From the NCBI GenBank assembly GCA_902386555.1, contig CABMJJ010000009.1:345870-409869 (forward strand): 64,000 bases of DNA. The letters are read 5' to 3'. Under the pieces are notes generated by a model that searched no databases, was not told where the DNA came from, and saw only the letters and a list, made by a program, of their open reading frames with translations. This DNA is from Candidatus Bilamarchaeum dharawalense (GTDB taxonomy: Archaea > Micrarchaeota > Micrarchaeia > Anstonellales > Bilamarchaeaceae). The translations under genes and the position numbers were made by a program. Positions 1-8,014 of the stretch are shown here, piece after piece. Every line of letters starts with the position of its first letter. Position 1 is the stretch's first letter.

Positions 1-402
1 GATAACACGTAGTGCTTCTGCCTCAGTATGCACTAGTTCATATTTTGGCGAACCTTTCACATTGTATTTCTTCAAAAGATTGCGCATGTAGGATTTGTCC
101 CATTCGATTCTGGATGCGGCTTTAGATGGGGATGCTACCAACATACCTGTTGATGCAAGTGCATCGCTCACTCCTGCAGCAAGGGTTGCATCAGGACTGG
201 AAAACCCAAGATCAAAGGACTTGCCAGAAATTGCCTTTAGTATTGCTTCGGGATTTTCAATGTCACAAATCCAGTATTCTTTGGAAAGTTGAGCTATTGC
301 TGGGTTTTTTTTGGACATGATGGCATATAGATCGCAATCATGCGCCAGCCTCTCAGCAATTGCATGCTCCCTGGCACCATTACCGATAAGAAGGACTTTC
401 AT
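1..402 (-). CDS. purD: Phosphoribosylamine--glycine ligase, N-terminal part (runs off the window start)
   Basis: Not in the ORF track. Manual translation from the ATG at 402 gives MKVLLIGNGAREHAIAERL...SPSKAASRIEWDKSYMRNLLKKY, matching the PurD GxGxREHA and AAxIExxK motifs. Confidence 0.92.
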   Translation of the reverse strand, partial: MKVLLIGNGAREHAIAERLAHDCDLYAIMSKKNPAIAQLSKEYWICDIENPEAILKAISGKSFDLGFSSPDATLAAGVSDALASTGMLVASPSKAASRIEWDKSYMRNLLKKYNVKGSPKYELVHTEAEALRVI

Positions 403-432
403 GAAGCGATTATATTGTGTTGGAATTTAAAA

Positions 433-750
433 TCAAACTTTCTTACCAGTTCCAAATAGCTCTAAAAATGTTTCTTTGAAGGATTTTTTTAGAGGTTGCT
501 TGAGAAGATAGGAACGAACAGTAGGATACTGCCGAGTAAGTTCAAAACTGAATACGTAGTCACTGATTATTTCGTGTGGAATATTTTCTTGGTGGATGAT
601 AATCTCTTTTTCATCCTTTTTTTCACCGTCATCAAATTCCAGTTTTTCGGTTATAACTTTTTTTGGTTTTGATTTGATTTTGGATGAGTGTTTTTGCGCC
701 TGTTTTTTATGTGGTGCTTTCTTCTTGAACACTTTTTTTGATTTCTTCAT
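433..750 (-). CDS. Hypothetical protein with a Lys-rich N-terminus; last gene of the ATPase operon
   Basis: 105-aa ORF whose start overlaps the stop of 747..1451 (ATGA overlap). Confidence 0.6.
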   Translation of the reverse strand: MKKSKKVFKKKAPHKKQAQKHSSKIKSKPKKVITEKLEFDDGEKKDEKEIIIHQENIPHEIISDYVFSFELTRQYPTVRSYLLKQPLKKSFKETFLELFGTGKKV

Positions 751-1451
751 TCAAAGCGCCTCTTGATGTAACCCTCACGGATAAGAAGGTTCAGACCCTC
801 TTCCACCCTAGTCACAGCAACAGAATTGGCCTTTGCAAAATCACGAACATCGATGGTGCCGCCATGAACCTTGATCCAATTATAGAGGGATTCCTTAAGT
901 AAATCATCACTCATGCCACTCATTTGGGCTAACTTTTTCTGGAGTTCGTCGCGTTTTCTTTCACATTCCAATAAAAGACGGGTATTTGCTTCGCCAGATC
1001 GGACCAGATCATCATATTTGGCAGTAAGGTCTTCGTGTTTCGCTTCAAGTTCAGTGAGTTGGGTAGAAAATTCCATTGCATCCCGGTCAATTATTTTTGC
1101 AGTTTCAGATAAAACTGCAGTAACCTGAGAAAAGATGCTTGTGGGTTTTACATCATAGTAGTCTTCAGCAACCTGAATAATGTTTAGAAAAGTTGGCATG
1201 AGATCAAGGAGTCTTGCTATTTTACCCCGTTTAGCAGAATATCCATAGAAAAATTCTATGGCATTTGGTTTGAAATCAACCTTATATTCAAGATAGGGTT
1301 TACCCTGAAGATCAGAACCTTTGATCTTTTCCACAGAAAGTACATTTTTGATAAATGCAATTTTAGTAAAACCAAGACCGCTAAGAAGTGTGGCAAGGTT
1401 TTTCAGTGGTTTCTTCTGTTTTGCAGCAACAATTATCTTTTCCTCAGTCAT
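747..1451 (-). CDS. Hypothetical protein: alpha/beta N-domain, coiled coil, C-terminal winged-helix-like domain
   Basis: Heptad-rich segment LTELEAKHEDLTAKYDDL...RKRDELQKKL, then a wHTH-like pattern (IDVRDFAKANSVAVTRVEEGLNLLIREGYI). Overlaps the ATPase stop. Confidence 0.75.
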   Translation of the reverse strand: MTEEKIIVAAKQKKPLKNLATLLSGLGFTKIAFIKNVLSVEKIKGSDLQGKPYLEYKVDFKPNAIEFFYGYSAKRGKIARLLDLMPTFLNIIQVAEDYYDVKPTSIFSQVTAVLSETAKIIDRDAMEFSTQLTELEAKHEDLTAKYDDLVRSGEANTRLLLECERKRDELQKKLAQMSGMSDDLLKESLYNWIKVHGGTIDVRDFAKANSVAVTRVEEGLNLLIREGYIKRRFE

Positions 1452-2928
1452 TGTCTTCCTCCAAAACGACGTTTACCACGCCTTTAGTAGCCTTTCTCAT
1501 TCTAACCAGTGAGAAGACTCGAATAAGGTTCTTTTCATCAATACCAAGCTGACGCAGGAAGGAGATGATCGATGGCCGGGCATAACCGAATTTTTCTAGG
1601 ATGGCAACAAGCTGTTCACCATCCACAAGACCATCGCCCTTGGAAAACTCATTTTTGATTAGGTTAAGTTGTCCTTCATTAAGTCCAATTTCATAAAGCA
1701 TCCTAACAAATTGCTCTCGTTCAACTTCAATAATCATTTCCCCACCTCTAATTTTATAGATGAGAAGTGGTTCCTCCCCATCAATCTTATCCATCAGAAA
1801 TGTCATAACTCTGGTTTGTCTTTCTGCAAATATCATATTGACTGCAGCATCACCCACACCAAACTTTGAGATTTCACCATCGATGAAATCAGAATACCCA
1901 ATTGAATTCCTTACATAGTCACGGAATTCTTTAAGGATGATCCTAAGAACGAAAACACTTCCAATGTTGCTGAATATTGTCTTATGCATATCAGTTGGGT
2001 TTTGGGTGGCGATGACCAGAGAAAAATTATACTTACGGCCTTCCCGGACAATGGTTATGACATCGCTTCTTTCGTCCTGTGCTATTTTCCAAGCTTCATC
2101 AAGAACAACAAAAAGCTTGACTTTCTTGTTATCAGGTTGCATACCCTCAGAACGCATGAGCTCCTTGATATACTGCAAAATAGTTAGACCTGCAAGGCTT
2201 CTCATTTCCTCGCTAGGAAGTCCATGAAGATCAATGCAGACAAGACCGCTGGAAGTTAGTTTCTTTATGTCCATGGTTGATGTTCCAGCAAAAAAATCAG
2301 TACCTTCAGTTGTGAATCTTTTTAGCAGTCTGGCAGATTTTTTCCTACCTGCTTCCTCAAGTATTTTTACCACATCAGCCAGGGTTGGCCTCATTTTGCT
2401 TGGGCCAGCATCATTTTTGGCTTTCTTTGCATTTTTACCATAGTAAACAGCTTCCAATGCATCTTCAATTTCATCTCTTTCATTTGGATAGCTCTTAAGA
2501 TCAAGAAGAATGTCCAATGCGGATATAATTTGTTTAATTCTGCTTCTTTTTTGAACACCAACAAGATCAAGAATATTCAATCTTTCTTTTGCAAGATTGA
2601 TGACCTTGCCACCGGCTTGTTTTACCCAGGGCTCGTATTCCCCAACCCAGTCTAGGATTATGGCATTGGTGTTCCAAATAAGGGAGGCGCGAGTTAGGAA
2701 AGTTTTTACTGTATAGCTCTTACCAGAACCAGTAATACCGATAACTGCGATATGAGGATTGATAAGCTTGCTCGGATCCCAAAAAACAGGAGTGCGTAAA
2801 AATCGTGTTTTACCAATGTATACACCGTGGGAGGGTGATGCCAGGAGTAGATCTTTGCGTGGCTCGGGTGGGTGCACCAGAATCATTTTCCGTGCAACCT
2901 CTTTCGAGAGCATGTAAGATGGTTTCAT
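1444..2928 (-). CDS. VirB4/CedB/HerA-like (FtsK-HerA superfamily, DUF87) ATPase
   Basis: NPHIAVIGITGSGKS (Walker A), LFVVLDEAW (Walker B), REGRKY (Arg finger) and IATQNP. Confidence 0.88.
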   Translation of the reverse strand: MKPSYMLSKEVARKMILVHPPEPRKDLLLASPSHGVYIGKTRFLRTPVFWDPSKLINPHIAVIGITGSGKSYTVKTFLTRASLIWNTNAIILDWVGEYEPWVKQAGGKVINLAKERLNILDLVGVQKRSRIKQIISALDILLDLKSYPNERDEIEDALEAVYYGKNAKKAKNDAGPSKMRPTLADVVKILEEAGRKKSARLLKRFTTEGTDFFAGTSTMDIKKLTSSGLVCIDLHGLPSEEMRSLAGLTILQYIKELMRSEGMQPDNKKVKLFVVLDEAWKIAQDERSDVITIVREGRKYNFSLVIATQNPTDMHKTIFSNIGSVFVLRIILKEFRDYVRNSIGYSDFIDGEISKFGVGDAAVNMIFAERQTRVMTFLMDKIDGEEPLLIYKIRGGEMIIEVEREQFVRMLYEIGLNEGQLNLIKNEFSKGDGLVDGEQLVAILEKFGYARPSIISFLRQLGIDEKNLIRVFSLVRMRKATKGVVNVVLEEDND

Positions 2929-3001
2929 ATGAACAAACTTCCTCCAATATACCTATATTCGTAACCTTGGAGGATATTTAAAGGTTAGCTCTCGATAACC
3001 G

Positions 3002-3913
3002 CTATCCAACAAAGGTAAGAATTTTTTGAGCAACCACGTCGTTTTGAGGTATTTGATTAATAATTCCGTTGTGGTCTCTGCCAGAAACAACAAGTGTTTC
3101 CACCGGAACGTATTTTGCCTTGAGAGCAGTTTCAAATGCAGTGAGTTGGGAAACTGGCACCAGTTCGTCACTTGAACCTAGAATAAGCAGATATTGGGTT
3201 GTTTCACCGGCCTTGACTTGGGATGCTGGGGAAACATCTATTTTTGGGGTGGATCCTAGGAATGAATCCAGAGCAAGGCTTACTGCCCCCTGTTCTTCAA
3301 GAGTAACAAAATCATAGGGACCAGCCAGACCAACAACCTTATCCACATTGACAGAGTTGAATTCTGATTCCTTCAGACCATATAGGGCAGAAAGATGAGC
3401 ACCTGCAGAATGACCAAGAAGAACGATTCTGTAATTATCTTTCAAGGAGAATTGCTCCTTGTTGGAATCCACATATTTCAAAACCGATGAGATGTCTTCC
3501 ATGGGAGCAGGATATTTGCTCATCGGTGCCAGGCGGTAATCCATATTCACAACACTGTAGCCGTTTTTGGCAAGGAACTGGGCTATTGGAGCCATGTACC
3601 CCTTATCACCAGCCACCCAAGCGCCCCCATGAATAACGATCACGAGTGTATCGGATTGTTGTGATGGGGCATAGAAATCAAAAATCTGAAGCAGACTCGT
3701 TGTCCCATAGCGTATGTTTTTTTTATCACCCAATGAAGGGGTAGTTGTTGTGTTATCTTCAGGAGGAGTATAAAAGTCATTATCTGAATCGTTGGTCACG
3801 AGTATTGGATTTCCACTATCTGAATTTCGATGTAGAGCAGAACAACACCCGGTTAGAATTATGGTAAAAAGAAGTAAACCGAAAAAAACCCCCACTCCTA
3901 GAATATTTTTCAT
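3002..3913 (-). CDS. Secreted or lipid-anchored alpha/beta hydrolase (HSL/BD-FAE-like esterase)
   Basis: HGGAW oxyanion motif, DYRLAP, GHSAG nucleophile, D(ELVP) and H(NG). Hydrophobic N-terminus ending LTGCC. Start moved to the ATG at 3913, which has a TTTAAA about 24 nt upstream. Confidence 0.9.
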   Translation of the reverse strand: MKNILGVGVFFGLLLFTIILTGCCSALHRNSDSGNPILVTNDSDNDFYTPPEDNTTTTPSLGDKKNIRYGTTSLLQIFDFYAPSQQSDTLVIVIHGGAWVAGDKGYMAPIAQFLAKNGYSVVNMDYRLAPMSKYPAPMEDISSVLKYVDSNKEQFSLKDNYRIVLLGHSAGAHLSALYGLKESEFNSVNVDKVVGLAGPYDFVTLEEQGAVSLALDSFLGSTPKIDVSPASQVKAGETTQYLLILGSSDELVPVSQLTAFETALKAKYVPVETLVVSGRDHNGIINQIPQNDVVAQKILTFVG

Positions 3914-3957
3914 GATTAGGAATGGAACTTGAAAAAATTTAAACCAAGCTGATGATG

Positions 3958-4740
3958 TCAGAATAATGCGTCCTTGATTTCTTCTGGAGTTGTTGGGAAG
4001 AAATAGTCCCATTCAAAGCATTTGAGCATTTCCAGATCATGAAGCTCGCGGATATCGCAACCAAGAGAACTGGAAAGAATTGTTTTCAATTCCTTTGCTT
4101 GCCTTGACACTCGGCTTACCGCTTCTTCACGAGTAAGACCAAATGCAGTGGTGGAAGCGAACGCAATAATCTCAACTGGTCTTTCACCCTGAGTAATTCT
4201 ATCAAGAAGACGATTCCAATAGGCCAATTCACGATCGATCCTCATGGACTCGTCAGCAGCCAATTTCACTTCCTTTGCTTTTCTGGATTCAACTGCCCCA
4301 CGTTTGGTTTTGATTTCATCAATATGCTTGGACAGATCAAGGGTACTGATCATGAGTGAAATTTTTACAATGTATTTTAGTGAGCTAACGGCCTTTTCAA
4401 AAGACTCGAACATGTTCTTTTTTTCCTCGGTGCCCTTGTCCATGGAACTTTCATAAAATTTGATCTCGAGGAATTTGGAAACATAATAACCGGATTCGTT
4501 TTTCTTAATTATATACTCCCTAGATGGAGGAACCTCATAGCCATCGTGCATCTCGATAATGTTTGTCGCCTTGGTGAAGAATGGGATGATGAGATAGCCA
4601 TATTTCCAAAGAACAAGACTAAGGAAAAAGAAACATGCTGCAACAACTGAAAGAAGTGGACTACCGTAAACAAGTGAAATGATTACGGCCAAAATGCCGC
4701 CGACAAGTGTTATAGCAGTAACTGCTCTGTTCAGAAACAT
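3958..4740 (-). CDS. Two-TM membrane protein with a cytoplasmic coiled coil (PrgI/VirB3 plus VirB4-N-like architecture)
   Basis: Two N-terminal TM helices. The beta/alpha region and coiled coil (EIKTKRGAVE...RELAYWNRLLDRITQGE...EEAVSRV) resemble the non-ATPase N-terminal part of VirB4 proteins. Confidence 0.55.
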   Translation of the reverse strand: MFLNRAVTAITLVGGILAVIISLVYGSPLLSVVAACFFFLSLVLWKYGYLIIPFFTKATNIIEMHDGYEVPPSREYIIKKNESGYYVSKFLEIKFYESSMDKGTEEKKNMFESFEKAVSSLKYIVKISLMISTLDLSKHIDEIKTKRGAVESRKAKEVKLAADESMRIDRELAYWNRLLDRITQGERPVEIIAFASTTAFGLTREEAVSRVSRQAKELKTILSSSLGCDIRELHDLEMLKCFEWDYFFPTTPEEIKDALF

Positions 4741-4795
4741 AATATCACATTCACTTGCATGGTTTAAAAGTTTAATTAGGGGACCTGAACCAGGA

Positions 4796-5902
4796 TCATA
4801 TGGAGGTGAATGACTTTATACCAATCTCACTTCCAAGAATGCCGGCAAGCTCTTTCACGAATACTATGGTAATGATAAGTGAGAAGATTGGTGCCAGCAC
4901 ATTGTAGAGAATTGATTTGGCAATGGCATTGTTGTTACTTTGCGAGATTAGAGTGAGATCACCACTAAGATCAACTGACAGATTTTGGGTCTGGTTTTGC
5001 TGAGAGTAAAGCAATAAATCGCAGGAGCTACCGTTTTCAGCGAGAGTGATGTTTACCAAGCTACCATTAACGACAGTACTTGAAAAGTTCTGCATGGTCC
5101 CATTAATATAGAAAGGACTGCGGACAAAACTACAACGACCGCTCATCACATCCAGTTTGCTTGCAAGGACATAATTGTTATTCAAATCAATTATGGGGAC
5201 CGTAGCATAATAGCTATTGTTTGTGAAATTTTTCATGGTATCTATGGAGCCATTGATCGTAGCTATTGGACTTGGGAAAATAAGGATGAATGTTGGATAG
5301 AAAATGAAAAGACCAATTGCAAGACCGATTAGGAACCCACCCAGTTTTCTTGTGGCAAAGAGAGTCCTGAGCACAAGCCCCAATGGAAATAGAAGACCAA
5401 GTGCATTCTGACCAATAAATACGGCTATTTGACTATTAAGCTGACCGATTATCATGATTGCATTGAGACTAACAAGTTGAAGGGAGAGAATATTGGAAAC
5501 CGATGCAAGATTAGCAAATGGGGACAGTCCGAATGCCCCGAAATCCAATGACATGGTTTGGTAATAACCAAGGATATTGAGAGTTTGGACGACCTGTTGG
5601 AACAGAGCAAAAAGAGAGGTGTTGACACCATCCAGGGTGCAACTTAATTGATTAACCACATTTCCATTGGCACATTGGCCAACAACAACTGAAGAACTGA
5701 CTACACCGACCAATTCAACAATGGCTGCAAAAGATCCAATGATGGCTGCGTTGATAACTGATTGGATAAGTTCTTCCAATCCAAAATGTTCTACTTTCTT
5801 ATTACCAATGGCACGACCTATGCCTACCAAAATACCTGCAAGAACTATGGATGCGGTCACTACAATGACTGCAATTTCAATACCAACAAATGATTCTGCC
5901 AT
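4796..5902 (-). CDS. CedA/TedA/VirB6-like polytopic membrane protein
   Basis: Multiple TM helices. The motif LFPLGLVLRTLFATRKLGGFLIGLAIGLFIFYP resembles the CedA-type core. An extracellular loop is rich in N-x-S/T sequons. Confidence 0.6.
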   Translation of the reverse strand: MAESFVGIEIAVIVVTASIVLAGILVGIGRAIGNKKVEHFGLEELIQSVINAAIIGSFAAIVELVGVVSSSVVVGQCANGNVVNQLSCTLDGVNTSLFALFQQVVQTLNILGYYQTMSLDFGAFGLSPFANLASVSNILSLQLVSLNAIMIIGQLNSQIAVFIGQNALGLLFPLGLVLRTLFATRKLGGFLIGLAIGLFIFYPTFILIFPSPIATINGSIDTMKNFTNNSYYATVPIIDLNNNYVLASKLDVMSGRCSFVRSPFYINGTMQNFSSTVVNGSLVNITLAENGSSCDLLLYSQQNQTQNLSVDLSGDLTLISQSNNNAIAKSILYNVLAPIFSLIITIVFVKELAGILGSEIGIKSFTSI

Positions 5903-5960
5903 TGGATTGGATAAATTGTTCTAAACTTAAATAGATTTCGGATTTGGGTGGCAAGTGCAA

Positions 5961-6605
5961 TTAGATAATTTTCAATAGTTTTTTACCCATGTAGATAAAT
6001 CGTGTAGTACCTCTAGCGTAAATGGGACCTTTTTTTGTAACGAACTTTACTTTTTTCAAAGCCTTGAGCAACGCTTTTGGATCATTAAAATCAAAATCAG
6101 GAAATTCGTTGTAGTTGTAACCAAATTCAAAAAGAAAATGACTGTCGCTCCCAACTGCCTTTAGCATTTTGTTCCTACTGGCAAATGATTCGGCCAGGTG
6201 ATTAAAATTTGGATTTAAACAGCGTGCATTGAAAACTTCAATAACATCCACCTTTTTTGCTTCATCATCGCTCACGTGAGCACCGGAACGAGCATGATCA
6301 TACATGTGCGGTAGATAGGCAATGCCCCCCTGTTCATGAATGTTATCTATTGCTTCCAGAAAAGGTATTCTTTTTGGAATACGTTCATTGATATGGAGTG
6401 CAACAAGATCGCCCTTATCTGTGGAAATTTCTTCACCTGGGATGAAATCCGCACCAAGAGAACGCATTTCATTATGGGCTTCAATTGAATTGTGGTCAGT
6501 AACAGTGGGGATTATTCCCAGTTTTTTTGCCTTTGCGGCCAGGTCCCTGGGCTGGGTTAGTGAATCAGGAGAATATTTTGTGTGAATATGAAAATCGATT
6601 TTCAT
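5961..6605 (-). CDS. PHP-domain metal-dependent phosphoesterase
   Basis: DFHIHTKYSPD, TDHN, GEEIST, IEVFN and GSDSH motifs. Confidence 0.92.
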   Translation of the reverse strand: MKIDFHIHTKYSPDSLTQPRDLAAKAKKLGIIPTVTDHNSIEAHNEMRSLGADFIPGEEISTDKGDLVALHINERIPKRIPFLEAIDNIHEQGGIAYLPHMYDHARSGAHVSDDEAKKVDVIEVFNARCLNPNFNHLAESFASRNKMLKAVGSDSHFLFEFGYNYNEFPDFDFNDPKALLKALKKVKFVTKKGPIYARGTTRFIYMGKKLLKII

Positions 6606-6606
6606 G

Positions 6607-6888
6607 TTAATCAATTAGGGCATTACCTTTTTCAAGAATTGTAATCAATTCCTTTGCAATCCCATTTCCCTGTTTATGATTTATCTTCTTTTTTCCTTTT
6701 ACCATTATTCTTCCGCTGGCATAGAGACTAACCGAATAGTCTTTGAATTTTGCAAGAATAACAACCGGACTATTGCCAAGAGAGGAAAGAAGTAACTCGG
6801 CTTTTTTTAAATCAATTTTTTTATTTTTAAGTTTTATTTCTACCCCATTTGAAGAACTACATGGCTCCACAACAAAAAAATCAGTCAT
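6607..6888 (-). CDS. Small hypothetical protein resembling the C-terminal extension of some MoeB/ThiF proteins
   Basis: SVSLYASGRIMVKG pattern; ATGA overlap with the ThiF-family stop. Confidence 0.55.
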   Translation of the reverse strand: MTDFFVVEPCSSSNGVEIKLKNKKIDLKKAELLLSSLGNSPVVILAKFKDYSVSLYASGRIMVKGKKKINHKQGNGIAKELITILEKGNALID

Positions 6889-7562
6889 CCGAGTTTCGCC
6901 TTCCAAAATATTTCTTTTTTATAAAGATCAAAAAAAATTGCATTGGGGGCTTTGGTAATTGGTTTTTTTAGCAAAAAGTTCATTGCCTGAGATACCGCAA
7001 GCGTGCCAGCCAAGGATGCTGCCGGGCACATGATGGAAGAACATGAAGAAAAATTATCAATATCCTTGCCCGCAAGCTGAAATGCTTTTTCAAATTTATA
7101 GGTTGTAAAAATTGTCACCATACCGCGTGTGGACTGAGCAGAACAAAAAACGTAGGGGATTTTTTTATCCCGGGCCATTCTGGCCATGAGTAACTTCGAC
7201 TCCAGATTATCAGTTCCGTCTAGCAGCATGTCTGTTGTGTTAATATCGGTATCCTCATCGAATTTTCTGAATGTTTTTAGGTTAATATTTTTGTTGATTG
7301 TTTTTGCCCTGGCAATGGCAGCGTGAACCTTAGGGATGTCAAGAAATTCATCGGTGGCCAGGGTTTGACGATTGAAATTAGATAGTTCAAAGCGATCGTG
7401 ATCAAAAACAATGATGTTCTCGGCACCAAGTCTAAGTAAGTTTTCCAGAATAAATCCGCCAGTTCCTCCTAGACCAACAATGGTAAATTTTGTTTTACGA
7501 ATTTTTTCCTGTTGGTTTTTCGTAAGTGGATTTCTCAGAAATTTAAATTTATAGAAGTTCAT
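6885..7562 (-). CDS. ThiF/MoeB/E1-like adenylyltransferase
   Basis: VGLGGTG, DHDRFELSNFNRQ and DGTDN motifs. Confidence 0.9.
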   Translation of the reverse strand: MNFYKFKFLRNPLTKNQQEKIRKTKFTIVGLGGTGGFILENLLRLGAENIIVFDHDRFELSNFNRQTLATDEFLDIPKVHAAIARAKTINKNINLKTFRKFDEDTDINTTDMLLDGTDNLESKLLMARMARDKKIPYVFCSAQSTRGMVTIFTTYKFEKAFQLAGKDIDNFSSCSSIMCPAASLAGTLAVSQAMNFLLKKPITKAPNAIFFDLYKKEIFWKAKLG

Positions 7563-7984
7563 TTGCTCAGTTTTTTCGATATGTGTTCTTGCGAAATGCG
7601 ATTTAACTTATCTTTGATCATGCGTACCTCTTCCTTTTTCACATTACCACTTTGAAGTTCGGTTAGGTTTCGCAGAATTTCCAGCCTGCGCTGAACATGA
7701 GGGTCCAGTGCCTTTTCCTGAAATAGTCCGAAGTGGGTAACATGGTAAAAGAAAATTGAAACACCGGAAAATAGAACTACGATGGTGAATAGTTTCCCAA
7801 TACTGGTATGGGGAGTTATATCACCATAGCCAACTGTGGTTATTGTGATTGACACAAAATAAATCGCATCTATCAGTGAAAGACCTTCGAAATAGATATA
7901 GAATGGAACTGCAATCAGATACACCAAAAATAACATGACAACTGCACTGAGCAGACTTTTTCTGATCTGATCTGAACTAGACAT
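7559..7984 (-). CDS. Two-TM potassium channel pore protein
   Basis: TTVGYGD selectivity filter between two TM helices. Confidence 0.93.
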   Translation of the reverse strand: MSSSDQIRKSLLSAVVMLFLVYLIAVPFYIYFEGLSLIDAIYFVSITITTVGYGDITPHTSIGKLFTIVVLFSGVSIFFYHVTHFGLFQEKALDPHVQRRLEILRNLTELQSGNVKKEEVRMIKDKLNRISQEHISKKLSK

Positions 7985-8014
7985 AATTAGTTCTTATCAT
8001 TCATACATTTAAAA

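Noticed and set aside
1444..2928. HerA of the HerA-NurA-Mre11-Rad50 repair operon
   Set aside because: No N-terminal HAS barrel is evident and there are no nurA, mre11 or rad50 neighbours; the context is membrane proteins.
433..5902. Integrated conjugative element or provirus
   Set aside because: No integrase, relaxase, att repeats, tRNA target or obvious compositional shift was seen.
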